This document shows positions 12,581 to 25,166 of a DNA stretch of 64,000 nt, in pieces (within the stretch, counting starts at the first letter, position 1; each line of letters begins with the position of its first letter). The DNA is taken from contig NC_058368.1 of assembly GCF_018350175.1 (NCBI RefSeq), positions 194,186,001-194,250,000 of the forward strand. The letters run 5' to 3'. A model generated the notes under the pieces. It was not told the origin of the DNA. It was given only the letters and a program-made list of their open reading frames with translations, and made no database searches. Both the position numbers and the translations under genes were made by a program. The DNA is from Felis catus. Its lineage: Eukaryota.

Positions 12581-13420
12581 TCAATGTGTTCATACTGATA
12601 TAAATCAATGATTGAATAAATAGATGAGGGAGAGGGACAAATCTCCCATGGAGAAAAATTCCAAGTAATTTATGTAGATAGTCCACCCTCAAGGAAAGGA
12701 AGCACTCCTTAATTAAGCATGGATGCACTTTTTTCTAAAGTTACTTCTCTCTAAAGCACACAGTAAGCAGAGGCACCTGGGTGGCTCAGTCCGTTAAGTG
12801 TCCAACTCCTGGCTTTGGCTCAGACCATGATCTCGTAGTTTGTGGGTTTGAGCCCCATGTCAGACTCTGTGCTGACAGTACGGAGCCTGCTTGGAGTTCT
12901 CTCTCTGACCCACCCTTGCTCACTCTATCTCTCTCTCAAAATAAATTAATATAAAGAACACAGTATACAAAGGCTAAAAAGGTATGACTTTATCAGAGAG
13001 CCTGGACGAACATCTCCATATTGATAGTATGTATCCTTGATATGATGCAAGTAGCACTTCATGGGGGAAATATCAAATTTCAATAGAGGAACATTTTACA
13101 AAACCTAACCAGTACTCCTTAAAACTGTCATGGTCATCACAAACAAAGTCTGAGAAAATGTCACAGCCAAAAGGAACATAAGGAAACAGGACATCTAAGC
13201 TTAATATGGTATCCTGTGTTCCTGGATTGAACAAAGAAATTACGTAAAAACTAAAGAAATCTTATTAATGATAATGTATCAGCACTGGTCCATTAGTTGT
13301 AACAAATGTACCATAATGATATAAGATGGTAATAGGAAAACTGTGGGGTATAAGGGAAGTCCCTATACTATCTTCTCCATTTTTTCATAAATTTAAAACT
13401 GTTCTAAAAAAGTCTATTAA
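12581..13420 (+). mobile_element. Ancient L1MC-type 3'UTR fragment (interrupted by a SINE)
   Basis: Matches recalled L1MC 3' end (gggacaaatctccc...ccagtactcctTaaaactgtca...aacaaatgtacca...aaactgttctaaaa). Confidence 0.75.
12770..12952 (+). mobile_element. CanSINE (older)
   Basis: SINE head, body and tail. TSD aaagcacacagtaagca / aaagaacacagtataca. Confidence 0.93.
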
Positions 13421-13544
13421 AACCCTTAAAAGTAGAGAAGTATTTAGGAAAATGAATAGTTGAATTGGCCTGCAACAGGGACCATACAGTGCTGGGAAAT
13501 CAAGATGAGGGTCATATCACGGCAGGCATTAGATGACAGACAGT

Positions 13545-13985
13545 GGAAGTTGGCTACACTAAAACCCATTCATTCACAACCCACTTCTCTTTTGCCCACT
13601 TGCACCCCCTAGAGGCTAGGAAATGAAAAACTTCCCTGAATTAAGAAATGGATAGATGTCACAGTTATAATAAAAATTCTCCTACGAAAAGACATTTGGG
13701 AAAGTTGTTTTCTTCAAAAAATAGGTTAGATGTCACTACCACTTCTATTTTCCTTGCCTTGACTATATACATGCTGCCGAGTTGTACTGTCTTATAACCC
13801 TGAGGCTATAAGCCAACATGGTAAGGGTAGCGAGGTTAAAAACAGAAGTTCTATGTTTGATATACCTTTAGCACCTACTAGGTCCAGACTTCTCTTTCCT
13901 AGGCTTCTTGTTGTATGATGTAATTGAGTGTCTTTATGATTTAAACTGCTGATTGTGTTATTAATCTGAAAGTATCCCTAATAGA
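13545..13985 (+). mobile_element. Ancient ERVL-class solo LTR (LTR16-like)
   Basis: agaggctaggaaatgaaaaacttccc near the start. 3' end (ggcttcttgttgtatgatgtaa...ttaaactgctg...aaagtatccctaata) resembles LTR16/MaLR termini. Highly diverged. Confidence 0.5.
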
Positions 13986-14059
13986 ATGACTGTAAAGGCT
14001 AGAATGAAAAGACAGGAGTTCATTCACTGGACAGTGAGGAGCTCATCTTAGCACTCCCT

Positions 14060-14790
14060 TTCATTCATTCATGCATGCATCTTTCATCCTTGAGACATTT
14101 AAGTTTTCCAGTTCAGCCAATGTATTAACAGTCAATTTGTGCCAGGCATGGCTCTACGTTTTATGGATATACAAGGGAACTAAGCAAATTTCCTACTCTT
14201 ATCAAACTCAACTAGTTTGGGGAGACAGATAAAGCAATGAATTAAATTGGTTTTAAATTCTAAGAATAAAAAGAAAGCAGTGTGAGTAGACAGAGATTAG
14301 TGTTTTAATTAGTTGGTCAGAGAAGTCTTCACTGGTAAGCGTGTATTTGACAAGAAACCTAAATAAAATGAAGGAGACACCACGGGGGTGCCTAAGGGAA
14401 AAAATATTCCAGGCAGAAGGATCTGCAAGGGCAAAAGCCCTAAAGTGCTTGAGTCACTATGATGTTTGAAAAGCAGTAAACTGGTCAGTGGAGTCAGATC
14501 AAAGTGCAGTGAGAGGGTAGGTAGGAGGACACAGTGTCACACAAATATGGGACGTGGTCATAGAGGTCTATATAGGCCATGGTGAAGACTCTGGCTTTTA
14601 CTCAGAGATGCAAAGCCACTGGGGGGATTTTTAGGAAAGAACTGATAGAATGTGACTGATATTTCAACAACAATATACAAAAGGGATATCAGGACTATCG
14701 CTATAGCAGTAATTCAGGCAAAAGTGAATGGTAATTTCAACAAAAGCAATATGGTGGAAGTAATAAGAAGCAGTCAGAATGAACATGGAA
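14060..14790 (-). mobile_element. L2 3' fragment
   Basis: (cattc)n terminus, then gtgccaggca...ggagacaga...attccaggcagaagg...ggccatggtgaagactctggcttttactc, typical of L2. Confidence 0.8.
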
Positions 14791-16515
14791 CATCTCTTAA
14801 ACTCCTTTCACATTGTCTCTAGTTCTGGCACATTGTGTGTGGTCATTAAATACAAGTTGAGTAAAGTAATAAAATCTTGAACTGATGATTAAGGGGAAAA
14901 CAATAGGGGACAAGGACTTGGAGGCTGACTTGAAGGAAGGTCAGGAAACCAGATGTAGGCATTGCCTGGCCTTTTTCTTTGAGCTATTTGGGCCAACCAT
15001 TCATAATCTGTTCCTGCGTTCTGAGCCCAGCTCAGCCAGAAGTGACCCTCTACTTGTTCTCTAAAACGGTTGCCTACATGAGTGACTGCCATCTCTAAGG
15101 CTAAGTGGAAGCAGCTTGGAAAAATTTTGCTTGAGAAGTGTCAGCAGATACAATCCCCCAGCACTTAGTGATTCACAATTGCTTGAAAATGCGGCTGAGA
15201 AAATGTATGATCAATTTCCTGTAAGTGTGATTCGTGAGGGTTATTTGGGGCAATCAGCGTGTTTTTCTGCAAGGCTTCCTTCTGAGGCACAACTCCAATT
15301 TGGTCTGATGAGAGTTTTTCTGCAAGGCCCTTGGAACATGATCTCTTATTATGTAGATAATCAGCAGAACCTGCTCATGCCTTAATACAAGCAACTGAGA
15401 CCCAGAGCCGTAACAGCTGAAATACAGTCATAACTTCACTACGTAGCCCATTAACTTGTAGAAACTGCATCCTGAGGTCATAAATAGTTATTAGCCAGTT
15501 AATGACAGCTATAGTCAAATCACTGCATTTACAGCTGATGAATAAAAATGAGGCCTTCTTGGGCTTTTAGCACTCAGACGATTTACTATAGTGTTTTAAT
15601 ATTCTGAGCAGAACTTCCAAAATTAAAAAGACCAATTTTCCCCCTACCTTGAAGAAACACAGTAAATGAATTTTTAAGTAAAGAATTATGTAAGTTTTCC
15701 TAGACTATTCCACCTTACATTTACATCTGTCATCTTTTTATTCCTAAAGTGCTCATGTCTCATTGGAGATAGAATTGAGACTAGAACCAAGGCTCCTGAC
15801 CACACAATTGTGTGAGTCATTTCACACTTCTAAGCTTCTCCCCTGTTACATAAGGAGATTGGACTAGCTCATCCCCAAGCTTTTAGAGATCGTTCCCTGC
15901 TATAAACCCAAGAGTTTATTCTGAATGTCAATAAAAAATTAACATTTAACCTTTGTTTGCTCTTATGCTGTTTTTTTTAAAACCAGTTTCCTGTATTTTC
16001 CTGTTTTCCTAAATGGTCTCTGAAGTTGAGAAATTTAAAAAACTTGTTAAATCTAGCAATAATCCTTCTCCTCCACTGGTAGACACAAATTAATCCACAA
16101 TATATTGTTTTTGGTTGATTTAACACCCAAGGATATGTACTTTGAGCTTATTTTCCAGTTTGTTTAACTAAGGGCTTCTGCTTTAATTGGAGCTATTTGG
16201 ACTAGGACATAATATTTGCTCAGGCAGGCTCCCTGATAAATATAGAAAACAAAATGTGATCCACAAATATCACTGAAAGGTACACGTGTTCTGAAGTCTT
16301 TGGTTTAGAAAGAAATTTATTTTGAAAACATTAGCTTTAGGAAGAGAAGGTTAAACATTATACTAAGAGTGAGCTTGCAAATTCTCTTTCCTTATCAATA
16401 GTTATTAGCTCAAATTTGAACTTTTGTGGGCTTGGGTACGGAAGAGCTCTATGACTGTGTGACAAAGTTTTACACGTGTATCACAATTCACAGGCATTTA
16501 TCAAGATTCATTTAT

Positions 16516-16733
16516 TTTTGTTTTTTGTTTTTAATTTTTTTTCTTTAACACTTATTTATTGAGAGACACAGAGCGTGAGCAGGGGAGGGGTAGAGAGAGG
16601 GGGAGACACATAATCCAAAGCAGGCTCTGAGCTGTCAGCACAGAGCCCGACACGGGGCTCGAACTCACAGACTGCGAGATCGTGACCTGAGCCCAAGTCG
16701 GTCGCCCAACCAACTGAGCCACCCAGGCGCCCC
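16516..16733 (-). mobile_element. CanSINE
   Basis: Reverse-oriented SINE. Perfect 16-bp TSD atcaagattcatttat (16500-16515 / 16734-16749). Confidence 0.96.
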
Positions 16734-17816
16734 ATCAAGATTCATTTATCACTTACTATGTGTCCAGTCCCCAGGAAGTGGCAGATGACATAAGACATAA
16801 TAGGAAGATGATGACAATGTGATCAGTATCCTCCAGAATTCTGAGATGTAGTTGAGACTACAAGACTAAGTAATGAGAGAATAAAAGTGCATATAGCTAA
16901 TACTTGTTTGTTGAGTTCTGGGAATAAATACTATTGGTGTTTTCTAACAGTAGAAGAGTTGGGGAAGGCTTCTTTGGCATTAGGGGACCTTGAAAGAGGC
17001 ACAAGACTTAGAATAGGGATGAGGAGTGGAAAAGCAAGGAAGCCTCATCCTCAAATGTATACTTGAAACCCTTTAAAGAAATGTCTCCTTACAAAGCAGT
17101 TATAAATAATGACAATCCTTCCCCCAATTCCTGCTCTACTTTCTAGATTGAAAAGAAACAGGGTTTAGTCTGATGGCACCAGTTCTCATGGCCTGCTCAG
17201 TTCAAGCCACCATAACCTTAATGATGAATGCTAGATGCTTGCTCCAGTGTCCCACCCACTCACAGTGACAACAGAGACCACTGTAGGAGCACTGAACATT
17301 TATTAAACATTTCCCCTGTCCTCTTCCCTTTCCTACTTAATCTTCTTCCACCTTACACTACAACATGTTAGAACCAAAGAGACTTCTCAAGCAGTAGACA
17401 CAATAAAAGGATTCAACTCTGCATCACTCAAATCAAAGGAACATACAAAACACAATAATCTCTGTCTTCCTTTCTTCCTAAGGTTTTAACTGCCCCTCAA
17501 AGTTGGTGACCCAGTAGACTGTAGGGGATGAGGAGATAAAAGAAGGGAGAAAAACACTATTCTTTGTTTAATGTAGGAAGATTCCTGTCTTATTGCTAAT
17601 GTTCATTGACTTGTTAACCTTTTACCTCTTCTCCAGCCTTTTAATGAGCTGCTTCTAGGGGCTGCTTAGAGCATGGTATGTGAGACCCTCACACAGCTAT
17701 GTAATGTTTAAAGGTAGATATGAGAAACTACATGTGGGGATCAGGTTAATTTACCTGAAATTTCAGTTGTATAGGTAAGGAAATGTTAATATAACAGTCT
17801 AAAATACAACCTCTTT

Positions 17817-17999
17817 GAGGTGCCTGGGTGGCTCAGTCAGTTGAGCATTGGACTCTTGATTTCAGGTCATGATTGTGAGATTGAGCCCCACATTGGGCTC
17901 CACACTAAGTGTGGAGCCTGCTTGAGATTCTGTCTCTCTCTTCCTCTGTACCTCTCCCCTGCTAACATTTTCTCTCTAAAATAATATATATATATACAC

Positions 18000-18034
<35 letters not shown>

Positions 18035-18054
18035 TATACATACATACATACACA
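17817..18054 (+). mobile_element. Older CanSINE whose tail has become a (TA)n/(TACA)n microsatellite
   Basis: SINE body 17817-~17983, repeat ~17984-18054. TSD-like aatacaacctctttgag / aatacaatctctctgag. Confidence 0.9.
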
Positions 18055-18059
18055 TAATA

Positions 18060-18420
18060 CAATCTCTCTGAGTTTCACTATACTAAACAGGGACATGTAG
18101 GTGCCCAGCTCACAGGATGCCCATGATGACAGTGCAGGACAAGCACTGTCAGAGTGCCTGGCACACAATACCTCACTACATGTTAGCAGTGGGTGTTGGC
18201 ATTGTGCAGGAAAATGCAAAAACCTGAGATTTGGAATCACCAAACCCCTGCTCTGAGTCTCAACCTTGTTAATTACTACATGGAATCGGGTTAGCGACTC
18301 TCTGTGTCCACATGATTTTTTAAACACTAGAGAACGAAGGTAAGAATATCTCCTTTGAGTCTTATGTCATAGATTTGTTTAAAGCCTCAAATGAAATAAT
18401 GAGTCTGAATGTGCTTCTGA
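18060..18420 (+). mobile_element. MIR fragments
   Basis: ctctctgagtttcact, agagtgcctggcaca and ctctgtgtccacatgatttt are MIR core-like. Confidence 0.55.
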
Positions 18421-20300
18421 AACTGTGAACCTCTCTGAAATTGTACTCACTTTGTCCTCCACCACACATCCGACTAAGCCTAGGCCCACACAGCCTTGGC
18501 TGCTTCTCCATGAGCATTTCCTGTTCCTTCTTTTTGGAAGGCTGCCAGAGCACAGGGCCCCAGGAACTTCTCCGTGAAATGACTGATTGAAACTGCCCAG
18601 TGATTTGCTTGGCAGACCACCTGCAGTATTGTATTTGGAAGGCGTGGAAATCTAATCAGATTTTCTGACTCGAGAGACCGAGCAGCTGCATATATGATTT
18701 TCGAGCACCTCTCTGGAGTAGCTGATGGGCCAGTGGTGAGATGGTGTCAGCGTGGCATCAAGAGCAGGTGGGGGTGGTCAGGTGGAGCAGAGGAGAGCAA
18801 TCAATGGGAAACCCAGGCAGCAAGTAGGGGCCTCACCGTGGTGCCTGCAGTTTCCTGGGCTGTGATACTAGCCTCTGAAAAGGGACTCCTGGAGGAATCG
18901 CCAACAATCCACCCTGTTAGTAAGTTAGAGATAATGGAATGTAAATCTTTCTAGCATCAACATGTAATATACATTTCACCAGGTAATCTAGTGAAATACA
19001 TTTCAAAACCTGGGTCTTCTTGTCCGCTTAGTGAGTGGAGAGCCCAGTTTCTGCTCTGAGAAGGAGGGGGGTCGACAGATGTAAATTGCTTTATCAGTGG
19101 ACTGATGTGCAGGATCAACCACTTCGAAGTGATAGCAGGTTTCCCTCTCTATTAGTTATATGTGTGGAAATAAATTTCCTAAGCTTGGCCTAAGCCCTAT
19201 GAATATTTTCAAATCAGTGGCTGCTGTCAGACTCAAATTCATAGCACAAGAAAGAATTCTTCTAAAGCTCTAAGTTTTCTGTTTCTAAACTTTCTAGTTT
19301 TTACGAATAGTACTTGCCTTCAAAAAGTGTTGTATTCTGGGCTGTGATGAGGAGGCCACTTGTTTTACAACCAACCAACTTGCAAAACATTTTCAGCAGC
19401 TCTGCCTTTCTGACTTTTGGTACATGTCTCTTTATTATACCATGTCACTCAGAGGCCAAGAGTTCTACAGATGTAATCAGGAGCCACTGTAGATTGAGAA
19501 GAGAAGAAAAAGAAGGTCAAATAGGATGGGAAGCCTCTGACTCCCACTAACCTTCAGCCCCACCCAGCTTGTGATCACTGCAGCTCAACTTCCATCTGTT
19601 CACTGTATTGTGGCTCCTCACCAAGTTTCCCATAAAAAAGGATTCCACTCCAGGGTTGGATAAAAATACTTTTTTGATCCTGATACTAATAATGGTCCTT
19701 TTTTCCCAGTAGCATCTATTGTGCTTTTTCTGTTTCACCTGGATCTAACTCAATCATGGGAACTTCGTAGCAGATTGAAAAGAACACTCTGCATAGAGTC
19801 AGACAACACAGCTACTGGTCCTCTTCCTGCCCCTTGTTATCAAGTGACCTTGAAGAAATCCCTTCCCCTTTCTCCACCTGACTCTCCCAACTGGTCTCTA
19901 TGTATCACTCTTCTGTGGCTTTTCTCAGATGTGGTACTATGGCATAGACAAGAGTGGGTGTGATTTATTTATATTTCCTAGTATCTAATGTAAAACAATT
20001 CACATCAAAAAAGTTATAAATCCCTGATATTCCCTCACCACTCAGGGTGTGAGCTGCTGGATAACATCAATTGTTTTTTAAATATATATATATGGGCAAC
20101 CAAGAACATGTTTTAGAAATGACTGATGGATAGTTTCCAGGGACACTTCTGGTTCTGATGCTCTATGAATCTATGAGATAGTACCCTAGGATCAACCAAG
20201 CATAATGCCATAAGGATGTCTTATATTAATCAAGATCTTATGGAAGGTGTGGCAGCCATGGAGATATGGCAGTTGGATGAATATTTGAAAAGGAACTTGT

Positions 20301-20424
20301 GGGGTGCCTGGGTAGCTCAGTTCATTGAGCATCCAACTCTTGATTTTAGTTCAGGTCATGATGCCAAGGTCATGGGACTGAGCCTCACATTGGGCTCCAC
20401 ACTGAGCATGGAGCCCACTTGGGA

Positions 20425-20459
<35 letters not shown>

Positions 20460-20478
20460 AAATAAAATGGAAAAAAAA
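20301..20478 (+). mobile_element. Older CanSINE with (CT)n tract
   Basis: SINE head and body. TSD-like aaaaggaacttg / aaaagaacttg. Confidence 0.93.
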
Positions 20479-21249
20479 GAACTTGCTGCTCAACTGCAAG
20501 AAATGCAGATAGCTGATATCCTCTAGTCATTAGTTCCTTTGGGGCCTGATTCACTTCTCCAGCTGAGACCACATTCCTCCCAGGCATCCCCAGCCAATGA
20601 GTGAATGTAAGGCATCTGGCTATGTCTGCTCAGTATGAGGCACTTCTTTTCTCTGCATTTACTCATTGGGTTGGTCAAGGCTTGGTAGATCTGTCTAATC
20701 CAACTTCTTCTGCCCTTTATCCTTCATGGGCATGAATCTCACCAATTCGATAGACCTCTGACATTACTAACTCTTAATATTTACAAAGCTTTCAGATGAT
20801 TAGCACAACTATTCTGACAGAATATCCTATATTGATTTATTGGAATAGAAATGAAACTCCCTTTACATCATAAACAGATAAGGAAACAAGGATCAGAGTG
20901 AGAAAGTGGGCATGGGGGAGGAGAAAGATTAGGCATTAATCATAGTGTCTTGTATGTGGCTAATGGTTGGTAAATATTTCCCTTTTTGTCTGTGCCTTAC
21001 AAGCTATAGGCTGCAGATTCAGAACTAAGGCTGTCTAGCCAAGTGCCTAGCTGCTCCCGTTGATTAGCTAAAGTTATTATCTTCTTCCTGCCATCAGAAT
21101 CACAGCTCACTACCCAAGATCTGGGCCTACAGTCTGATTCTAGTACTTGGGACTGTTCTTTTCATAGACTCTTTGTATCCTCAGTACTTACCTCCCTTAT
21201 CAGTTGTCAGTGAACTGATTCATGATGCTCTTTTCTTTCCTTTTACTTA

Positions 21250-21550
21250 TACATCAATCCATCAACAAATGTCCTTCTCAACTATAATGTACAAAATGGT
21301 ATTTAACCAACATGGGGATAAAACATTCATTTAGGCATTAATCTTGTCCTCAAGGAACTTATGGACAAAATAGACATCCACCAACTACATTCTCCCTTTT
21401 ATTACAGTTACAAGAAGTTCAGATGATAAGCCTGCTATTAGTACTCAGAGGAGAAAATTTAAAAAACGTAATTCCGATTTGCAGTATCAGGGATGATTTT
21501 GACGGAAGTTGTACTTGCAGTGGGGCTAAGAATTAACAAGTTATTTATAG
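21250..21550 (-). mobile_element. L2 fragment
   Basis: catcaatccatcaacaaatg...cttgtcctcaaggaacttat, L2 3'-end-like; diverged. Confidence 0.5.
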
Positions 21551-24312
21551 GAAGCTTATAAACAAGGCAATATAATATAAATTGCTATAGGAGTCAATTT
21601 TCTTCTCTTCCCTCTTCCAAGGTGGCAGCAAGAAGAAAAGCACAGACCTGAGAAAAGTTCTTGCGAGAACTTTAATCTGTGAAGCCAAAGCAGATGCAGA
21701 TGCCAGAAACTGTCACCACTATACACATCTTTATCCTCATAGTTTTATCCTCTTTAGTTACACAGGGTTATCCTCACAGGCCATCAGAACAGCCTTCAGA
21801 CCACTGAGTAATTTCTGTAATCTGTCATACATTATTTTTTTTTTCCCAGATGGTACTTTAAGAGGAACAGAATGAAGGTAGGAGCTGGAAAAATAAAAAA
21901 ATAAATAAATAAATCTAGAGAGTGAACATTCTGGAAAAGAGACGGATATAAAACTTAAAAAGTAAATAAGGAATTTTGAAAGTTGTACTCTCACTTAGTG
22001 GATGAGTTTCAAAGCACTGAAAGCCCCATGTAGGAATAGTTGGGGTTGGGATAGAATTGTGAGGAATGGAGGAAGGAGTGACTCCTAGCTCCTTTTCTTA
22101 GTCCTGATAGAGGAATAAAAGAGGAAGGAGACTCATATGGGCCCCATGTTCCTCCCTCTAGAGATGAGCACCAGGAGTTCAAATGATCTTCCAAAGGTTG
22201 GTGAAAGGGTATGGAACTACTTCCTAAAGATGGGAGGGTATGGAAAGGAGAAGGAAGAATGGGTTCAAAGAGACGGTAAATTCAGACAGAAGAATGGACT
22301 AAATTACATCATCATTTCTTTCAGGGTACAAGCTAGTTTACAGGTATGGTTGCTAGTTTGAGAGCTGAACATGAAGATATTTCATTTAAAAACTAAAAAC
22401 AAACAAGAATCCTATATACTCTGGGTTCCTGATTTCCCTTACCATTCTTTCTTTTCATATGTTTCAAATCCTATGCTTCCAGGCAGCCAATAGAGCTACA
22501 AAGTCTTGTTATAGGTAGAAAAATACATTGGTTCTGTAAAATATATACTAAGCATCATCATTTAACTTGGATCTACTTTGTGGAAGTGTGTTCCTCTGTT
22601 AACTGTGGGTTTCCTTCTTAGGTTTTTCTTCTAGTGTTGGGAAATGTGGCTCAGACTAAACATTAGAATTGCCCAAGTTCAGTCCTAGAATGCAATTTTG
22701 AAATGAGAAGTAAAGACCTAACATCATAATTATGTAAAACAGAATACTGGCTACATTCTATGGTTTTGAGAGGAATCTGGATTTGGATTCCTTTGCTAGC
22801 TAGCCTGGAAAACTCACAGTTCTAGATGTACAAAGTCCAGAGTAATGAAAGAAGAATTACAGGTCCTTATGGGACATGCTGTTTACCTTGAATTTCATTT
22901 TAGCCAGAATTGATCTGCAACATACACGAATGTCCAGTGTTGCTTCTCTCCAACCTAGCCACAAATAACTAATCTCATTCCTCAATATCAGTTGGCAGAA
23001 AAAGAAAGAAACATTAACTCTAATTCATGCTTCATGCTTTCCTTCTTCTGTTCTCGTAACAATGTTTCCCTATTTGTAGTGCATTTATGTTCTAGCTCCA
23101 GTGTGAATGCACCCTAGTCATAAAGTCTTTCACAATTTTCCCAGTCAGGATTAATATTGTTATTTCTGACTGAATATTTTACTTTTTTTTGATAGAGTTG
23201 TCATATCATAAAACTTAACCTTTAAAATATGCAATTTAGTGGCTTTTACAGTATTTACAAAGTTGTACATCTAACATCATTATCTCATTTCAAATATTTT
23301 CATCACTCCAAAAGGAAACTTTCAGTCACTCCCCATTCCACCTACTCACCAGCCCTGGAGGCCACTAATCTACTTTCTTTCCCTATGGATTTACATATTT
23401 AGTACATTTAATAAAAATAAAATCATAAAGTCGTCTTCAGTTTCTGGCTTCATCCACTGAGCATAATGTTTTCAAGATTCATTCGTGTTGTAGGATGAGT
23501 CAATCCCCCATCCCTTCATGTGTCTGAGCAATATTCTAGTGTATTAAGGTACCATGTTTTCTTTAACCATTTATTAGCTGTTAATAAATTTGAGTTGGAC
23601 ATTTGAGTTTCCACTTTTTGGCCATTATGAACATTGCTATGAACATACATGTACTAGACTTTGTGTGGACATGTTTTTTCATTTGTCATTGGGGCATCTA
23701 TTGGGGAACTTCCAAATTGTTCCACAACGAAGCTGCATCATTTTATATTTTTATCTGCAATATATGAGCATTCCAATTTCTCCACATCCATCTTAAAAGG
23801 GTTATTTATCCTAGTGAGTGTGAATTAATATCTCATTGTGGTTTTTATTTGCATTTCCCTAATGACTGATGATGATAAGCATCTTTTCATGGCTTATTGG
23901 CTGTATGTGTATCTTCTTGAGAGAGAAGGCTTTCTTTTTTAATGGAGTCATTTACAGCTAGAAATTTCCCTGAAAACACTATTTTAGTTACATTCTTAAA
24001 TTTTTTATGTGGCTATTTTGCATATATCAATCTGGAAATATTTTCTAATTTCTCTTTAGATTTCTTCCATGGCTCATTTATTATGTTTTTACATATATGT
24101 GTATATATATTTAAATATTTATTTTTAATATTTAGCCCCATATTCATCCAGGGAGTGCCAGTGGCTCTAGATGAATTTTCAAAATTCTGTTGATTTCCAG
24201 TTTCATTCCATTGTGCATGGAGAACATACTTTTTTTTATTTCAGTCACTTCAAATTTATTGAAATTTGTTTTGTGGCCTAACATATGAGTATCTTCTGGA
24301 TAATGTTCTTAA

Positions 24313-24472
24313 GGATCTCCTGGGTGGCTAAGTTGGTTAAGCATCTGACTCTTGATTTCAGCTCAGGTCATGATCTCAAGCTTCATGAGATCGAGCCCCA
24401 TGTCAGTTTCCATGCTGGGCATCAAGCCTGCTTGGGATTCTCTCTCTTACAATAAATAAACATTTTTTTTAA
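24313..24472 (+). mobile_element. Older CanSINE
   Basis: cctgggtggctaagttggttaagcatctgactcttgatttcagctcaggtcatgatctc...aataaataaa. Confidence 0.9.
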
Positions 24473-24700
24473 AAATAATATTTACTCTGTTAGATGTAAT
24501 GTTTTATAGAAGTCTTTTATGTCTACTTGGTTTATATAATGTTTTTCAAGTTTTCTACTGGTGATCTTCTGTCTAGTTCTATCCATTATTTATATTGGGA
24601 TATTATATATCCAATAATACCAATATCAATAATTGAAGTGTCCAATTATTGTTGATTTTTCTATTACTCTCATTCTATACATTTTACTTCATGTATTTTT

Positions 24701-24917
24701 TTTTAATTTTTTTTCAACGTTTATTTATTTTTGGGACAGAGAGAGACAGAGCATGAACGGGGGAGGGGCAGAGAGAGAGGGAGACACAGAATCGGAAACA
24801 GGCTCCAGGCTCTGAGCCATCAGCCCAGAGCCCGACGCGGGGCTCGAACTCCCGGACCACGAGATCGTGACCTGGCTGAAGTCGGATGCTTAACCGACTG
24901 CGCCACCCAGGCGCCCC
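24701..24917 (-). mobile_element. Young CanSINE (SINEC_Fc type)
   Basis: CpG-rich and near-identical to the copies at 4540, 41438 and 61205. Perfect 17-bp TSD ttacttcatgtattttt (24684-24700 / 24918-24934). Confidence 0.97.
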
Positions 24918-25166
24918 TTACTTCATGTATTTTTGGGCCATGTTGTTATGTGTTTATATATTTAAAATTGTTGTATAGTCTGGATAAATTGACTCATTAT
25001 TAGTGTTCTTGGACTCTAGGACAAAAATTTTTACTAGAGATAAAGTATTAATATAGCCTGATGGATTGGCCCTTTTAGCTCTCTTTTAGTCACTGTTCAT
25101 GTGGTGTCTATTTTTATATCCTTTGTGTGTTTGAATCTAAAGTGAATGTCTTAGAAACAACATTTA

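Noticed and set aside
21654..21673. Hairpin aaagttct-tgcg-agaacttt
   Set aside because: An 8-bp stem is too short for a pre-miRNA and is expected by chance in 64 kb
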